A stretch of DNA of 64,000 nucleotides from Geopsychrobacteraceae bacterium (GTDB lineage: Bacteria; Desulfobacterota; Desulfuromonadia; Desulfuromonadales; Geopsychrobacteraceae): contig OY759353.1 in NCBI GenBank assembly GCA_963662315.1, positions 512,001 through 576,000 on the forward strand, given 5' to 3'. The notes below the pieces were generated by a model. The model worked only from the letters and a program-made list of their open reading frames with translations. It was not told the origin of the DNA and searched no databases. A program made the position numbers and the translations under genes. This document shows, in pieces, positions 19,759 to 31,481 of the stretch. How positions within the stretch are numbered: the stretch's first letter is position 1; every line of letters starts with the position of its first letter.

Positions 19759-20679
19759 ATGATCGCATTCGTATTTCCTGGTCAGGGTGCCCAGTTTGCT
19801 GGTATGGGTAAGGAACTGGCAGATAACTTCACCGTTGCCAAAGATATCTTTGCTGAAGCGAACGAAGCCCTTGGTTATGATATTGCCGCTATGTGTTTTG
19901 ATGGACCTGAGGACGATCTCAAGTTAACCGCAAATACTCAGCCGGCTATTTTGACCACAAGTATTGCAGCTCTGCGTGTTCTTCAGCAGGAAACGGATTT
20001 AGCTCCGTCTTTTGTTGCAGGTCACTCTCTGGGTGAATATTCTGCACTGGTTGCAACTGGTGCGCTGTCACTTGCTGATGCTGTGAAAATCGTTCATCTG
20101 CGTGGTACCTTTATGCAGGAAGCCGTGCCGGTTGGAACCGGTGCCATGGCTGCTGTAATGGGTGTTGAGCGTGACGCTCTTGAAACTTTATGTACCCAGG
20201 CTTGTCAGGGGGAAGTTGTTGCTCCGGCTAACTTTAACAGCCCTGGTCAAATTGTTATCGCCGGTCACACCGGAGCGGTGGAGCGTGCTATTGAATTGGC
20301 TAAAGAAGCAGGCGCAAAGCGTGCCTTGCTGTTGCCGGTTAGTGCGCCGTTTCATTCCAGTTTGATGGAACCTGCAGCACAACGTCTTGCAGGAGTTTTG
20401 GCTGATATTAGCGTGAACCCAATGGCCGTTCCACTGATCAGCAATGTTGAAGCTGCACCATATCAGGATGCGCAAAGAGTAAAATCTCTACTGGTTGAAC
20501 AGGTTTGTGCCGCCGTTCGGTGGGACGAGTCTGTTGAGGCGATGAAAGGGCTGGGGGTTCGCCGTTATGTTGAGGTTGGCCCGGGCAAGGTTCTTTCTGG
20601 CCTGATTAAGCGCATTGATCGTAGTGCTGAACTTGATAATATTTGCGATCTTGCTAGCTTGTCAAATCTTAAGAAATAG
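19759..20679 (+). CDS. fabD: Malonyl-CoA:ACP transacylase
   Basis: FPGQGAQ, GHSLGEY and SAPFHS motifs. Confidence 0.97.
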   Translation: MIAFVFPGQGAQFAGMGKELADNFTVAKDIFAEANEALGYDIAAMCFDGPEDDLKLTANTQPAILTTSIAALRVLQQETDLAPSFVAGHSLGEYSALVATGALSLADAVKIVHLRGTFMQEAVPVGTGAMAAVMGVERDALETLCTQACQGEVVAPANFNSPGQIVIAGHTGAVERAIELAKEAGAKRALLLPVSAPFHSSLMEPAAQRLAGVLADISVNPMAVPLISNVEAAPYQDAQRVKSLLVEQVCAAVRWDESVEAMKGLGVRRYVEVGPGKVLSGLIKRIDRSAELDNICDLASLSNLKK

Positions 20680-20721
20680 ATTCCGTAATTACGTTTATTA
20701 TTTCATCAAGGAGAGATAAGT

Positions 20722-21459
20722 ATGGTTAAAGATAGAGTAGCATTAATTACCGGAGCTTCGCGTGGAATTGGACGTAGCATTTCTTTGGCTCTTGCAGCTC
20801 AGGGAGCTAAGATTGTGGCTGTAGATCTGGACCTTGCTGCGACTGAAGCTTTTGTTGCAGAATTGAAGGCTGCAGGAACTGAAGCAATTGCAGTGCAGGG
20901 GAATGTCACCAAGGCTGATGATGTCGAGCAGATGGTTGCCGCGGCAAAGGAGGCTTTCGAGCGTATTGATATTCTGGTTAATAATGCTGGCATCACCAAG
21001 GATGCACTGTTATTAAGAATGAAAGATGAAGACTGGGACGCTGTTCTTACCGTAAACCTTAAAGGTGCCTTCCTGTGTACCAAGGCGGTAGCGAAGCTGA
21101 TGACTAAGCAGCGTAGCGGTCGTATTATCAATATTGCATCTGTCGTTGGACAGATGGGTAATGCTGGTCAGGCAAATTATTGTGCCAGCAAAGCCGGTTT
21201 GATGGGTCTGACTAAATCTAATGCGCGTGAACTCGCCAAACGTAACGTTACTGTCAACGCTGTTGCGCCCGGTTTTATCGCAACCGATATGACTGATGCG
21301 TTGCCCGAGGAAAAACGCCAGGAACTGGCAGCTCAGATTCCATTGGAAAGACTTGGAAGTGCTGATGATATTGCAAATGCAGTACTGTTCCTTGCTTCCG
21401 ATACCTCCGGTTATATTACCGGTCAGGTGCTTGCCGTTAATGGCGGAATGTACATGTAA
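20722..21459 (+). CDS. fabG: 3-oxoacyl-ACP reductase
   Basis: TGASRGIG, NNAG and YCASK motifs. Confidence 0.97.
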   Translation: MVKDRVALITGASRGIGRSISLALAAQGAKIVAVDLDLAATEAFVAELKAAGTEAIAVQGNVTKADDVEQMVAAAKEAFERIDILVNNAGITKDALLLRMKDEDWDAVLTVNLKGAFLCTKAVAKLMTKQRSGRIINIASVVGQMGNAGQANYCASKAGLMGLTKSNARELAKRNVTVNAVAPGFIATDMTDALPEEKRQELAAQIPLERLGSADDIANAVLFLASDTSGYITGQVLAVNGGMYM

Positions 21460-21510
21460 ACAAACTGGCTTATAGAGATAGGCCAAGATAACACACGAGG
21501 AGGAAAGCGA

Positions 21511-21744
21511 ATGGCTTCTATTGATGAAAGAGTAAAACAAATTGTTGCTGAGCAACTTGGTGTTGATGAGGATCAAGTCACTGAAGACGCTTCTTTTATG
21601 GACGATCTGGGTGCCGACTCTCTGGACACCGTTGAGCTGGTTATGGCTCTTGAAGAAGAGTTTGATGTTGAAATCTCTGACGAAGATGCTGAAAAAATTC
21701 AGACCGTCAAGGATGCTATCGAATATATCAACAAGGCTTCCTGA
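21511..21744 (+). CDS. acpP: Acyl carrier protein
   Basis: [14 protein letters not shown]. Confidence 0.98.
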   Translation: MASIDERVKQIVAEQLGVDEDQVTEDASFMDDLGADSLDTVELVMALEEEFDVEISDEDAEKIQTVKDAIEYINKAS

Positions 21745-21755
21745 TTACGGATTTG

Positions 21756-21786
21756 ACGGAACCGGAATCTTCCGGTTCCGTTTTTT
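21756..21786 (+). terminator. Rho-independent terminator after acpP
   Basis: ACGGAACCGGAA/TTCCGGTTCCGT stem plus T run. Confidence 0.85.
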
Positions 21787-21854
21787 ACAGCGTTGTCAGT
21801 TAATTGAAACATGTTAAGTCAGTGTTTGTATAAATTATTAGGATGAGAAAACTT

Positions 21855-23087
21855 ATGCGTAGAGTTGTGGTCACCGGAGTTGGTGTCGTTTCCGCGTTGG
21901 GAACCGGTGTAGAAAAGAACTGGGCTGCTATTACCAGTGGCCAGTCGGGGATTGACAAGATCACACGTTTTGATGCTTCTGACCTGGCAACCCAGATTGC
22001 CGGAGAAGTTAAGGACTTTGTCGCAGAAGACTTTATAGATAAAAAAGAGGTCAAGAAAATGGATCTCTTTATTCAATATGGTCTGGCTGCTGCCGAAATG
22101 GCTTTTAAAGATTCGGGTCTTGAAATTACTGATGAAAACGCAGAACGTGTCGGTGTCTTGGTGGGTAGCGGTCTTGGTGGACTGCCAGCCATTGAAGAAT
22201 ATCATCAGGTGCTGCTTGAGCGTGGCTATAAGCGTATCTCTCCGTTCTTTATTCCGATGCTGATTATTAACCTCGCTCCTGGCCAGATCTCTATGAAATA
22301 TGGAGCAAAAGGACCCAATCTTTCATCGGTATCCGCTTGCGCAACAGGAACCCATTCCATTGGTGATGCGTATCATATGATTGCCCGTGGAGATGCGGAT
22401 GCCATGTTTGCAGGTGGAACTGAATCGACAATTACCCCTCTAGGCATTGGTGGTTTTAATGTTATGAAGGCATTGTCTACCCGTAATGATGATCCCCTGA
22501 CTGCCAGCCGTCCTTTTGATAAAGGGCGTGACGGTTTTGTTATGGCTGAAGGGGCCGGAATTGTCATGCTTGAAGAATATGAGAGTGCCAAAAAGCGCGG
22601 AGCAAAAATTTACTGTGAAGTTGCCGGTTATGGCCTGACAAGTGATGCATATCATTTGACGACTCCTGCTCCTGGTGGTGAAGGCGCTGCGCGTTGTATC
22701 GCCATGGCTTTGAAAAATTCCGGTATTAATCCGGATCAGGTTGATTATATTAATGCTCACGGTACATCAACCTACTATAATGATCTTTATGAAACCATGG
22801 CGATCAAAACCGTCCTTGGTGAGCACGCCAAAAAGGTTATGATCAGTTCGACCAAAAGTATGACCGGTCATGGACTTGGTGCTGCTGGTGGAATGGAGGC
22901 GGTTTTCTGCGCCTTGACCATGAAAAACGGAGTTATTCCACCAACCATCAATTATCATGAAGCTGATCCAGAATGTGACCTGGATTATGTTCCGAACCAG
23001 GCTCGCGAGGCACAGGTTAAAGTTGCGCTGTCAAACTCATTTGGTTTTGGCGGTACTAATGCTACTCTGGCCTTTAAATCTATCTGA
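21855..23087 (+). CDS. fabF: 3-oxoacyl-ACP synthase II
   Basis: [20 protein letters not shown] and NSFGFGG motifs. Confidence 0.97.
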   Translation: MRRVVVTGVGVVSALGTGVEKNWAAITSGQSGIDKITRFDASDLATQIAGEVKDFVAEDFIDKKEVKKMDLFIQYGLAAAEMAFKDSGLEITDENAERVGVLVGSGLGGLPAIEEYHQVLLERGYKRISPFFIPMLIINLAPGQISMKYGAKGPNLSSVSACATGTHSIGDAYHMIARGDADAMFAGGTESTITPLGIGGFNVMKALSTRNDDPLTASRPFDKGRDGFVMAEGAGIVMLEEYESAKKRGAKIYCEVAGYGLTSDAYHLTTPAPGGEGAARCIAMALKNSGINPDQVDYINAHGTSTYYNDLYETMAIKTVLGEHAKKVMISSTKSMTGHGLGAAGGMEAVFCALTMKNGVIPPTINYHEADPECDLDYVPNQAREAQVKVALSNSFGFGGTNATLAFKSI

Positions 23088-23092
23088 GGTAG

Positions 23093-23530
23093 GTGATGAT
23101 TGTTATTGCCAGTGACCATGGTGGTCTTGAATTAAAACAGGCGGTCTGCGAACTATTGACCCACAAAGGGGTCCAATTCGAAGATCTCGGTACTAATGAT
23201 AGTGCTTCTGTTGATTACCCGGATTTCGCTGCTAAGGTCGCCAACGCGATCATTTGTGGTGACGCAGAAGAAGGGATCCTCATTTGTGGTACGGGCATTG
23301 GTATGTCGATTGCTGCCAACAAGTTTCCCGGTATCCGTGCAGCGCTGGTGCATGATGAATTCACCGCCCAGATGTCTCGTGCCCATAATAATGCGAATAT
23401 CCTGGTCATGGGTGGTCGTATTCTTTCAAAGGATGTCGGGATAAAACTGGTTGAAATCTGGCTCGATTCAGATTACGAAGGTGGACGGCATCAGAATCGT
23501 CTTGATAAAATAGCCGCTTTGGAACGCTAG
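23093..23530 (+). CDS. rpiB: Ribose-5-phosphate isomerase B
   Basis: ASDHGG, ICGTGIG, HNNAN and EGGRH motifs. Confidence 0.96.
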   Translation: MMIVIASDHGGLELKQAVCELLTHKGVQFEDLGTNDSASVDYPDFAAKVANAIICGDAEEGILICGTGIGMSIAANKFPGIRAALVHDEFTAQMSRAHNNANILVMGGRILSKDVGIKLVEIWLDSDYEGGRHQNRLDKIAALER

Positions 23531-23552
23531 GCACTTATAGAGGGACAACAAG

Positions 23553-23585
23553 ACGGGGCAGGTATATTGCCCCGTTTTTCTTTTT
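23553..23585 (+). terminator. Rho-independent terminator after rpiB
   Basis: ACGGGGCA-N7-TGCCCCGT plus TTTTCTTTTT. Confidence 0.75.
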
Positions 23586-23639
23586 GCGTAACTGAACCGG
23601 TGTGGTTCAGAGGTCAGGTAAATGGAGGAAATTGATACT

Positions 23640-24887
23640 ATGCAGAACTTGCAAAATTTTGATTCGGAAATCGCTGCTATTGTCGATGAGGAGACTCGTC
23701 GTCAGGAATATAATCTTGAATTTATCGCTTCGGAGAACTTTGTTAGTGAAGCAGTTCTTGAAGCACAGGGCTCTGTCCTGACAAATAAATACGCAGAAGG
23801 ATATCCTGGTAAGCGCTACTATGGCGGTTGTCAGGTTGTGGATAAGGCTGAGCAGTTGGCCATTGACCGTGCTAAAGAATTGTTTGGCGCCGAACATGTT
23901 AATGTGCAGCCTCATTCCGGTTCTCAAGCCAATATGGCAGTTTATATGGCCGTCTGCGAACCTGGGGATACCGTTCTTGGTATGAACCTTGCTCATGGCG
24001 GTCACTTGACTCATGGTTCCCCTGTTAACTTTTCCGGGAAACTTTATAATGTCATTCCTTACGGATTGAATCCTGAAACTGGAACCATCGATTATGGGGA
24101 AGTTGAGCGTCTGGCCAAAGAACATAAGCCTAAACTTATTGTTGTCGGTGCCAGTGCTTATCCTCGCGCCATCGATTTTAAAGCGTTTCGGCGTATCGCT
24201 GATGAAGTTGGCGCCGTAGTTATGGTCGATATGGCTCATATTGCTGGTCTTGTTGCTGCGGGAGTGCATGAGAACCCAGTCCCTTATGCTGAATTCGTTA
24301 CTACGACCACCCATAAAACGCTACGTGGTCCGCGTGGTGGTATGATCATGTGTACCGAAGAATGGTCCAAAAAGTTAAACAGTAATATTTTCCCCGGCAT
24401 TCAGGGTGGACCGTTGATGCATGTCATTGCAGCCAAGGCCGTTGCGTTTAAAGAAGCTCTTTCGGCTGATTTTAAAGCATATGCTGAGCAGGTGGTTAAA
24501 AATGCTCAAGTACTGGCCGGTGCGTTAATTGAGCGTGGCTACAAACTGGTCAGCGGCGGTACTGATAATCACCTGATGCTGGTTGACTTTACTGGCACTG
24601 ATATTACCGGGAAAATGGCTGAGAATGCTCTGGAAGAAGCGGGAATTACTGTGAACAAAAATGCGGTGCCATTTGATACCAGATCACCGTTCGTGACCAG
24701 TGGCATCCGTATCGGTACCCCGGCAACGACTACCCGTGGTTTGAAAGAAGCGGAAATGATTAAGGTAGCCGAATGGATTGATCGGGCTCTTAATAATATG
24801 GATAACGCCGCTGAGCTTGAGAAAATCAAGGCGGAAGTTAAGGCCTTGTGCCAGCAATTTCCTCTCTATGCACATCGCATAAAGTAA
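23640..24887 (+). CDS. glyA: Serine hydroxymethyltransferase
   Basis: [14 protein letters not shown] and [13 protein letters not shown] motifs. Confidence 0.98.
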   Translation: MQNLQNFDSEIAAIVDEETRRQEYNLEFIASENFVSEAVLEAQGSVLTNKYAEGYPGKRYYGGCQVVDKAEQLAIDRAKELFGAEHVNVQPHSGSQANMAVYMAVCEPGDTVLGMNLAHGGHLTHGSPVNFSGKLYNVIPYGLNPETGTIDYGEVERLAKEHKPKLIVVGASAYPRAIDFKAFRRIADEVGAVVMVDMAHIAGLVAAGVHENPVPYAEFVTTTTHKTLRGPRGGMIMCTEEWSKKLNSNIFPGIQGGPLMHVIAAKAVAFKEALSADFKAYAEQVVKNAQVLAGALIERGYKLVSGGTDNHLMLVDFTGTDITGKMAENALEEAGITVNKNAVPFDTRSPFVTSGIRIGTPATTTRGLKEAEMIKVAEWIDRALNNMDNAAELEKIKAEVKALCQQFPLYAHRIK

Positions 24888-24896
24888 GGATGGCCT

Positions 24897-25355
24897 ATGA
24901 AACGCCCCGACTGGAATGAATACTTTATGGAAATTACGCAGCTGGTCGCCACGCGTTCTACCTGCACCAGGCGCCAGGTCGGGGCGGTTGTCGTTAAGGA
25001 TAAGCATATTCTTGCTAGTGGTTACAATGGTGTGCCCAGTGGCATCACCCACTGTGATGTCACTGGCTGCTTGCGTGATCAGCTGAAAGTACCGTCCGGA
25101 GAGCGACATGAATTGTGTCGCGGGTTGCATGCTGAGCAGAATGCGATTATCCAGGCGGCCAGACACGGGGTTAATATCGCAGGTGCAACCGTTTACTGTA
25201 CGGATTCTCCCTGTATCATCTGCAGCAAGATGTTGATCAATGCGGGCATTGTTGAAGTTGTCTATGGACGCGGTTATCCCGATAAGCTCTCTCTCGAAAT
25301 GCTTGGTGAGTCGGGTATAAAGTATCATCATTACGTAAAAAGCGAGGACCTATGA
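24897..25355 (+). CDS. dCMP/cytidine deaminase family protein (ComEB-like)
   Basis: RSTC.RRQVGA, HAEQNA and PCIIC motifs. Confidence 0.93.
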   Translation: MKRPDWNEYFMEITQLVATRSTCTRRQVGAVVVKDKHILASGYNGVPSGITHCDVTGCLRDQLKVPSGERHELCRGLHAEQNAIIQAARHGVNIAGATVYCTDSPCIICSKMLINAGIVEVVYGRGYPDKLSLEMLGESGIKYHHYVKSEDL

Positions 25356-25810
25356 ATTGCCCATTCTGTGGTTTCAATGATACACGGGTTGTTGATTCCC
25401 GTCTGGGGAAAGAAGGGAACAACGTGCGCCGCAGACGTGAGTGCCCTTCCTGCGAAAGGCGCTTTACAACCTATGAACGCGTAGAAGAAATTCTGCCTTG
25501 GGTTATTAAGAAGGATGGGCGCCGCGAAAGCTTTGATCGCTCGAAAATTATCGCTGGTATGCAGAGGGCTTGTGAAAAAAGACCTGTTTCTGTCGAAGAT
25601 ATCGAGGCGATGGTTGATAAACTCGAGCGTAAGTTTCAGGAATGTGGTGACAAGGAAATTTCTTCCAGTCTGATTGGCAAGGCTGTCATGGAAGTACTTC
25701 ATGATGCAGACGAAGTCGCCTATGTTCGATTTGCTTCTGTTTATCGGCAATTCAAGGACATTAATGAATTTATGGCTGAGTTGACGGATCTTCTGAAAAA
25801 TCCGAAATGA
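25352..25810 (+). CDS. nrdR: Transcriptional repressor NrdR
   Basis: CPFC...RRRREC..C..RFTTYE, ATP cone and AYVRFASVY. Confidence 0.98.
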   Translation: MNCPFCGFNDTRVVDSRLGKEGNNVRRRRECPSCERRFTTYERVEEILPWVIKKDGRRESFDRSKIIAGMQRACEKRPVSVEDIEAMVDKLERKFQECGDKEISSSLIGKAVMEVLHDADEVAYVRFASVYRQFKDINEFMAELTDLLKNPK

Positions 25811-25882
25811 GCTATTGTTCAAGTGCTTTCAGGCCGGGACAGCTTCGCGTTGTTCCGGTTTTGTTGTAAATGAGGGTTAGTT

Positions 25883-26995
25883 ATGGATATAAAATTAACC
25901 TATATGAATCTTGCTCTGGATCAGGCCCGGTTAGGGCTTGGCCGCACCAGCCCAAATCCTGCCGTGGGTGCTGTCATTGTCAATCAGGGAGAAGTCGTCG
26001 GAAAAGGTTTTCATCCGCAGGCCGGACAGCCTCACGCTGAAATATTTGCCTTGCGCGAGGCGGGAAGTAGGGCTGCGGGTAGTGATGTCTATGTCACGCT
26101 TGAACCATGCTCGCATTTTGGTAAAACTCCACCTTGTGCAGATGCTCTTATTAACGCTGGTGTGAAGAGGGTTTTTATCGGTACTGTTGACCCTAATCCC
26201 CAGGTCGCAGGACGTGGTATCTCCAAACTTAAAGATGCAGGAATTCTGGTTGAGACGGACATTCTGGGGCAGGAGTGCCGACGTCTGATCGCGCCGTTTG
26301 CTAAACACATTCTTACCGGGCTGCCGTTTACTATATACAAGTCGGCACAAACACTTGATGGTGCAACGGCAACTTGTAGTGGGGATTCGCGCTGGGTGTC
26401 TTCTGATCAGAGCCGCCAGCTCGTCCATCAGTTGCGTGATCGGGTTGAAGCGATTATGGTGGGTATTAACACTGTAATAAATGACGACCCGTTACTGACA
26501 ACCCGCCTTGAAGAAGGTTCTGGTCGGGATCCATTGCGGGTTGTTATTGATGGGCAGCTGCGCATGCCTCTGACCTCTAAAATGTTGAACATGCAATCAT
26601 CGGCAGGAACCCTGATTGCAACTGCCAGTCAGGATATGGATAAAAGACAGCAGCTGGAGCAGCTTGGTGCCGAGATTTTTTATGCCCCAGATAGCGCTAA
26701 TGACAAGGTGGATTTGCACTCTGTCTGGCGGGAGCTTGGCCGGCGCAATGTTCAGAGGCTGCTCCTTGAAGGAGGTGCAACCCTGGCTACCGCCGCACTG
26801 GAAGCAGGACTGATTGATCAGCTTATGTTGTTTATCGCCCCTAAGATGATTGGTGGGCAACCGTGTCACGGAATTTTTTCTGGTCCGGGGCAGAGCAAAA
26901 TGACTGATGCCTTGACTCTGTCAGATCTGTCTTACTGCCAGGTTGGCCTCGATCTATTGATAACAGGAGATTTACATTCATGTTTACCGGATTAA
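25883..26995 (+). CDS. ribD: Riboflavin biosynthesis deaminase/reductase RibD
   Basis: PNPAVG, HAE, LEPCSHFGKTPPC and LLEGG motifs. Confidence 0.97.
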   Translation: MDIKLTYMNLALDQARLGLGRTSPNPAVGAVIVNQGEVVGKGFHPQAGQPHAEIFALREAGSRAAGSDVYVTLEPCSHFGKTPPCADALINAGVKRVFIGTVDPNPQVAGRGISKLKDAGILVETDILGQECRRLIAPFAKHILTGLPFTIYKSAQTLDGATATCSGDSRWVSSDQSRQLVHQLRDRVEAIMVGINTVINDDPLLTTRLEEGSGRDPLRVVIDGQLRMPLTSKMLNMQSSAGTLIATASQDMDKRQQLEQLGAEIFYAPDSANDKVDLHSVWRELGRRNVQRLLLEGGATLATAALEAGLIDQLMLFIAPKMIGGQPCHGIFSGPGQSKMTDALTLSDLSYCQVGLDLLITGDLHSCLPD

Positions 26996-27627
26996 TCCAG
27001 GCTTTAGGGACGATCAAAAAAATTGATCGTCAGGCAAGCTCGGCGCAATTACATATTCGCACTGAACTGGTTAAGCAGGATCTTGAACTCGGTGAAAGCA
27101 TTGCTGTTAATGGTGTTTGTCTTACCGTTGTTTCATGGGATTATGAAAGCTTTGCCGTTGATGTTTCTCCGGAAACCCTTGAGCGTTCTACTCTTGGGAA
27201 TTTGCAATCTGGTCAGAGTGTCAATCTTGAGCGGGCGTTGCGATTGTGTGATCGTCTCGGTGGGCACCTGGTTAGCGGGCATATCGATTGTATCGCCATG
27301 GTGCGTAAGCGTTACGATGATGGCAACGTCGTCCGGTTCGAGTTTGCCGTTGGTCAGGATGCCATGCGCTATGTCGTGGAAAAAGGGTCCATTGCCGTTG
27401 ATGGCATCAGTCTTACTGTCAATAGCGTATCCGCTGATTCTTTCGGGGTGGCAGTCATCCCTCACTCTCTGGCTATGACGACACTTCAGCAGCGGCGCGA
27501 AGGGGCACAGGTTAATATTGAAACAGATATTCTCGGACGCTATGTCGAAAAGTTATTAGGGCAGGGGGGCAAGGGTGAATCTCGGGGTGTCAGCCTTGAC
27601 TTTCTTGCCAAAAACGGCTTTCTGTGA
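26980..27627 (+). CDS. ribE: Riboflavin synthase alpha chain
   Basis: MFTGLI, GESIAVNGVCLTV and GGHLVSGH motifs. Confidence 0.97.
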   Translation: MFTGLIQALGTIKKIDRQASSAQLHIRTELVKQDLELGESIAVNGVCLTVVSWDYESFAVDVSPETLERSTLGNLQSGQSVNLERALRLCDRLGGHLVSGHIDCIAMVRKRYDDGNVVRFEFAVGQDAMRYVVEKGSIAVDGISLTVNSVSADSFGVAVIPHSLAMTTLQQRREGAQVNIETDILGRYVEKLLGQGGKGESRGVSLDFLAKNGFL

Positions 27628-27803
27628 GATAACACCCCATTACGTGGATGCCGAACTGCAGGACATGCTGTTCCCCTGGTTCCCTGATATTTGTATATTT
27701 ATTATTATGTTGCCGGAAGCTCTGCGCCTTGTACAGGCTGTTTTCCGGTTTTAAAGGCGAGCCCACGAGCTACTCAGAAAGTTCGGAAGATTATAAGGAA
27801 AAA

Positions 27804-29012
27804 ATGATGCCAATTGCAAAAATTGAAGCTGCTCTGGAAGATATCCGTCAGGGTAAAATGGTTATTCTTGTTGATGATGAAGATCGTGAAAATGAAGGCG
27901 ATTTGGTCATTGCTGCCGAACTGGCAACTCCGGAAATTATAAATTTTATGGCTCGCGAGGGTCGGGGACTGATCTGTCTCTCGCTCACCGAAGAACGTGC
28001 TGATGAACTAGACCTCCCATTGATGGTCAGTGATAACAGCAGCTCTTTTGGTACCGCTTTCACCATTTCTATCGAGGCTCGTCACGGGGTCACAACCGGC
28101 ATTTCTGCCGCTGATCGGGCTCATACTATTCTGGTGGCAGTCGCTGATGAAACTACGGCTCATGATCTGGCCAGACCTGGGCATGTGTTTCCGCTAAGAG
28201 CCCGTAATGGTGGTGTGATGGTTCGTGCGGGGCAAACAGAAGGGTCAGTCGATCTTGCGCGGTTGGCTGGTCTTAAGCCTGCCGGAGTCATTTGTGAAAT
28301 CATGAATGATGACGGAACCATGGCGCGTATGCCACAGCTCGAGGTCTTTGCTAAAAAGCATGATCTGAAAATTATTTCGATAGCGGACCTTGTCGCCTAC
28401 CGGATGCGCAAAGAGTTGTTGGTGCGTCGAGCCGCAGAAACTCATCTGCCGACCCCGTTTGGTGGTGATTTCAGGGCTGTTGTTTATGAAAATGATGTTG
28501 ATCACGCTCAGCATATCGCCTTGGTCAAAGGGAAGATTGATCCTGAAAAGCCGGTTCTGGTCAGGGTTCATTCTGAATGTCTGACTGGTGACGTGTTCGG
28601 CTCCCAGCGCTGTGACTGTGGTGAGCAACTGCATGCCGCGATGGCCCAAATCTCCAAAGAGGGAAGTGGTGTCGTCCTCTATATGCGTCAGGAAGGGCGC
28701 GGTATTGGTCTGGTCAACAAGATAAAAGCATATGCTTTACAGGATCAGGGACAGGATACCGTTGAAGCTAACCATTCTCTCGGGTTTGATGATGATCTGC
28801 GTGACTATGGGCTAGGGGCTCAGATCCTGAGTGAACTGGGGATCAAGAAATTACGTCTGATGACAAATAATCCTAAAAAAATAGTAGGTCTTCAGGGGTA
28901 TGGTTTGGAAATTGTTGAGCGTGTCGCTATCGAGATGCCGCCACACACTACAAATCTGAAGTATCTGAAGACCAAGCGTGAAAAAATGGGGCATCTGCTG
29001 GACAAGCTCTAG
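27804..29012 (+). CDS. ribBA: Bifunctional DHBP synthase / GTP cyclohydrolase II
   Basis: [27 protein letters not shown] and EGRGIG motifs. Confidence 0.97.
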   Translation: MMPIAKIEAALEDIRQGKMVILVDDEDRENEGDLVIAAELATPEIINFMAREGRGLICLSLTEERADELDLPLMVSDNSSSFGTAFTISIEARHGVTTGISAADRAHTILVAVADETTAHDLARPGHVFPLRARNGGVMVRAGQTEGSVDLARLAGLKPAGVICEIMNDDGTMARMPQLEVFAKKHDLKIISIADLVAYRMRKELLVRRAAETHLPTPFGGDFRAVVYENDVDHAQHIALVKGKIDPEKPVLVRVHSECLTGDVFGSQRCDCGEQLHAAMAQISKEGSGVVLYMRQEGRGIGLVNKIKAYALQDQGQDTVEANHSLGFDDDLRDYGLGAQILSELGIKKLRLMTNNPKKIVGLQGYGLEIVERVAIEMPPHTTNLKYLKTKREKMGHLLDKL

Positions 29013-29113
29013 CAAGTTGTTGGAATGGTCTGCCAATTTGCAGGTCGACCTATTTTGTTGCGCTGATTGACTCAACATTCTGAAAGTTGGAAATATATAA
29101 AGAGGAGATAAAA

Positions 29114-29581
29114 ATGCCGAAGATTATTGAAGGTACGTTCGAAGCCAGGGGGTATCGCTTTGGTTTGATCGTCAGCCGTTTTAATAGTTTTATTTGTGAT
29201 CGTCTTGTTGAGGGTGCTGTTGATACACTGGTTCGACACGGCGCTGAGGATGCTAATCTTACCTTGGTTAAGGTTCCGGGTGCTTTCGAATTGCCGTTGG
29301 TGGCAAAAAAAATGGCACACTCTGGAAAGTACGATGCGCTTATCTGTCTTGGCGCTGTTATCAGAGGAGGCACACCGCATTTTGAATATGTCAGCTCTGA
29401 AATGACCAAAGGAATTGCCTCGGCTTCAATGGAGTCCGGGCTCCCTATCGCTTTTGGTGTCCTGACAACTGACTCGATCGAGCAGGCGATTGAGCGTGCC
29501 GGAACCAAAGCGGGTAATAAGGGTGTTGAGGCGGCAATGAGTGCAATTGAAATGGTCAATCTTATCGGAGCAGTAGGTTAA
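29114..29581 (+). CDS. ribH: 6,7-dimethyl-8-ribityllumazine synthase
   Basis: [17 protein letters not shown] and AGNKG motifs. Confidence 0.98.
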   Translation: MPKIIEGTFEARGYRFGLIVSRFNSFICDRLVEGAVDTLVRHGAEDANLTLVKVPGAFELPLVAKKMAHSGKYDALICLGAVIRGGTPHFEYVSSEMTKGIASASMESGLPIAFGVLTTDSIEQAIERAGTKAGNKGVEAAMSAIEMVNLIGAVG

Positions 29582-29583
29582 AC

Positions 29584-30054
29584 ATGCCATACAATCGGCG
29601 GATTGGGCGCGAATGTGCCCTTAAAATGCTTTATTCCCTTAAAGTTGATCGCGATCAGGTAGATCCGGGTAAGGTGCTCGATTCTTTCTGGAGCCAATTT
29701 CGTTTTGCTGATGATGCTTTAGGTGAACCGTTGGAAACAGCCGATGCTCCACTTGCGTCGTCAACTCGGCTTTTTGCCGAGACGCTGGTTAAGGGTGTTG
29801 TTGAGTACCGTGCGGTGATTGACCGTAAAATTGCAGAGGTTGCTAAAAACTGGTCAGTTGACAGAATGACCCCGGTTGATCTGTCCATATTGCGTATGGC
29901 TGGATATGAGCTGCTCTATCATCCTGAAATCCCAGTGAATGTTACTATTAATGAAGCGATCGAGATTGCCAAACGCTATGGCACTGAAGAGTCGGCTTCA
30001 TTTATTAATGGCCTGCTTGATAAGATTGCCCAGGGTGTTGAAAAATCCAAGTAA
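29584..30054 (+). CDS. nusB: Transcription antitermination factor NusB
   Basis: NWSVDRM, INEAIEIAKRYG and FINGLLD motifs. Confidence 0.96.
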   Translation: MPYNRRIGRECALKMLYSLKVDRDQVDPGKVLDSFWSQFRFADDALGEPLETADAPLASSTRLFAETLVKGVVEYRAVIDRKIAEVAKNWSVDRMTPVDLSILRMAGYELLYHPEIPVNVTINEAIEIAKRYGTEESASFINGLLDKIAQGVEKSK

Positions 30055-30095
30055 TGTTCCCTATGAAACTGTTTTGAATGAGAATTGAGGGTGTT

Positions 30096-31406
30096 ATGAG
30101 TGTGATTAAAGTTGGTCTGCTTGGTTTTGGTACCATAGGGACCGGTGTTATCAGAGTTTTTCAGAAGAATAGTGATGTTATTCGTGAACGTCTTGGTTAC
30201 GCTGTAGAGCTTGTCAAAGTCTGTGATCTCGATATTACTACTGATCGTGGCGTTGTTCTTGCCCCCGGTGTCCTTACCACTAATGTTGACGATGTGATAA
30301 GTAACCCCGATATTGACATTGTTATTGAGCTCATCGGCGGCTATGAGCCAGCTAAAACCTTTATTTTGAAGGCAATTGCCCAGGGAAAACATATTGTTAC
30401 AGCAAATAAGGCCTTAATGGCTCTGCATGGTCAGGAAATCGTCTCTGCGGCCAGTAAATCAGGCGTCGGGGTTATGTTTGAAGCTGCCGTTGGCGGCGGG
30501 ATTCCGATTATCTCGGCAATTAAGGAAAATCTCTGCGCTAACCGCTTTGTTTCTGTCCTTGGAATTCTCAACGGAACGTGTAACTTCATCCTGACTAAAA
30601 TGACCGAAGAGGGGGGCGATTTCGAACCCGTACTCAAGGAAGCCCAGGCCCTCGGCTATGCCGAAGCAGATCCTACGTTCGATGTTGAAGGGATTGATAC
30701 TGCACATAAGCTTTCGCTGCTCTCATCATTATGTTTCGGCACTACAGTCGATTTTGATCAGGTCTATACTGAAGGAATCAGTAAAATATCCTCTATTGAT
30801 ATTCAATTCGCTCGTCAGATGGGCTACAAGATCAAACTTCTTGCCATCGGCAAAATGGATGGTAATGGGATAGAGGTCAGAGTTCATCCGACCATGATCC
30901 CAGAAGATTATCAGCTTGCTGAGGTTGATGGCGTATTTAATGCCGTGCGCCTGACCGGAGATTTTGTCGGTCCGACAATGCTTTACGGTAGCGGGGCAGG
31001 TATGGATGCGACTGCCAGCGCTGTGATGGGCGATGTTATGTCAATTTGCCGGGACCAAGCTGCAGGGATTAAATCGCGTGTGCCAATCATGGGCTATTGC
31101 TCGGATGCCGTGAAAACTTTACCGATTAAAAAGATGAGTGAGGTTGAAAGCCATTATTACCTGCGCTTTACCTGTGTTGATCGTTCCGGAGTTCTGGCTA
31201 AAATTGCTGGTTGCTTAGGTCAGCACAATATCAGCATTCAATCGATGATTCAGCCGGATGAACATGAAGAGAATTCGGTGCCTATCGTGCTGATGACTCA
31301 TCGTGCGTTGGAGGCCGATGTTGTAAAGGCATTGTCTGAAATCAACCAGATGGACATTGTCACTCAGGAAACCTTCCTGATGCGCGTTGAGAATGAACTC
31401 GGTTAA
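30096..31406 (+). CDS. hom: Homoserine dehydrogenase with C-terminal ACT domain
   Basis: GFGTIG, TANKA, EAAVGGGIP and GYAEADP motifs. Confidence 0.97.
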   Translation: MSVIKVGLLGFGTIGTGVIRVFQKNSDVIRERLGYAVELVKVCDLDITTDRGVVLAPGVLTTNVDDVISNPDIDIVIELIGGYEPAKTFILKAIAQGKHIVTANKALMALHGQEIVSAASKSGVGVMFEAAVGGGIPIISAIKENLCANRFVSVLGILNGTCNFILTKMTEEGGDFEPVLKEAQALGYAEADPTFDVEGIDTAHKLSLLSSLCFGTTVDFDQVYTEGISKISSIDIQFARQMGYKIKLLAIGKMDGNGIEVRVHPTMIPEDYQLAEVDGVFNAVRLTGDFVGPTMLYGSGAGMDATASAVMGDVMSICRDQAAGIKSRVPIMGYCSDAVKTLPIKKMSEVESHYYLRFTCVDRSGVLAKIAGCLGQHNISIQSMIQPDEHEENSVPIVLMTHRALEADVVKALSEINQMDIVTQETFLMRVENELG

Positions 31407-31433
31407 TTGATGTCTTTGTGTTGGATCTCCCCC

Positions 31434-31465
31434 AAAGACCGCATTTATTTATGCGGTCTTTTTTT
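31434..31465. terminator. Terminator between convergent hom and the acyl-CoA ligase gene
   Basis: AAAGACCGCAT-N6-ATGCGGTCTTT plus T run. Confidence 0.8.
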
Positions 31466-31481
31466 ACGGTCGATCTTAGTG

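Noticed and set aside
23586..23625. Hairpin CTGAACC/GGTTCAG before glyA as a ZTP or glycine riboswitch
   Set aside because: It is too short and lacks the conserved aptamer sequences.
27648..27803. Cys-rich N-terminal extension of ribBA, or an FMN riboswitch
   Set aside because: RibB homology starts at 27804 after an AAGGA RBS, and RFN consensus blocks are absent.
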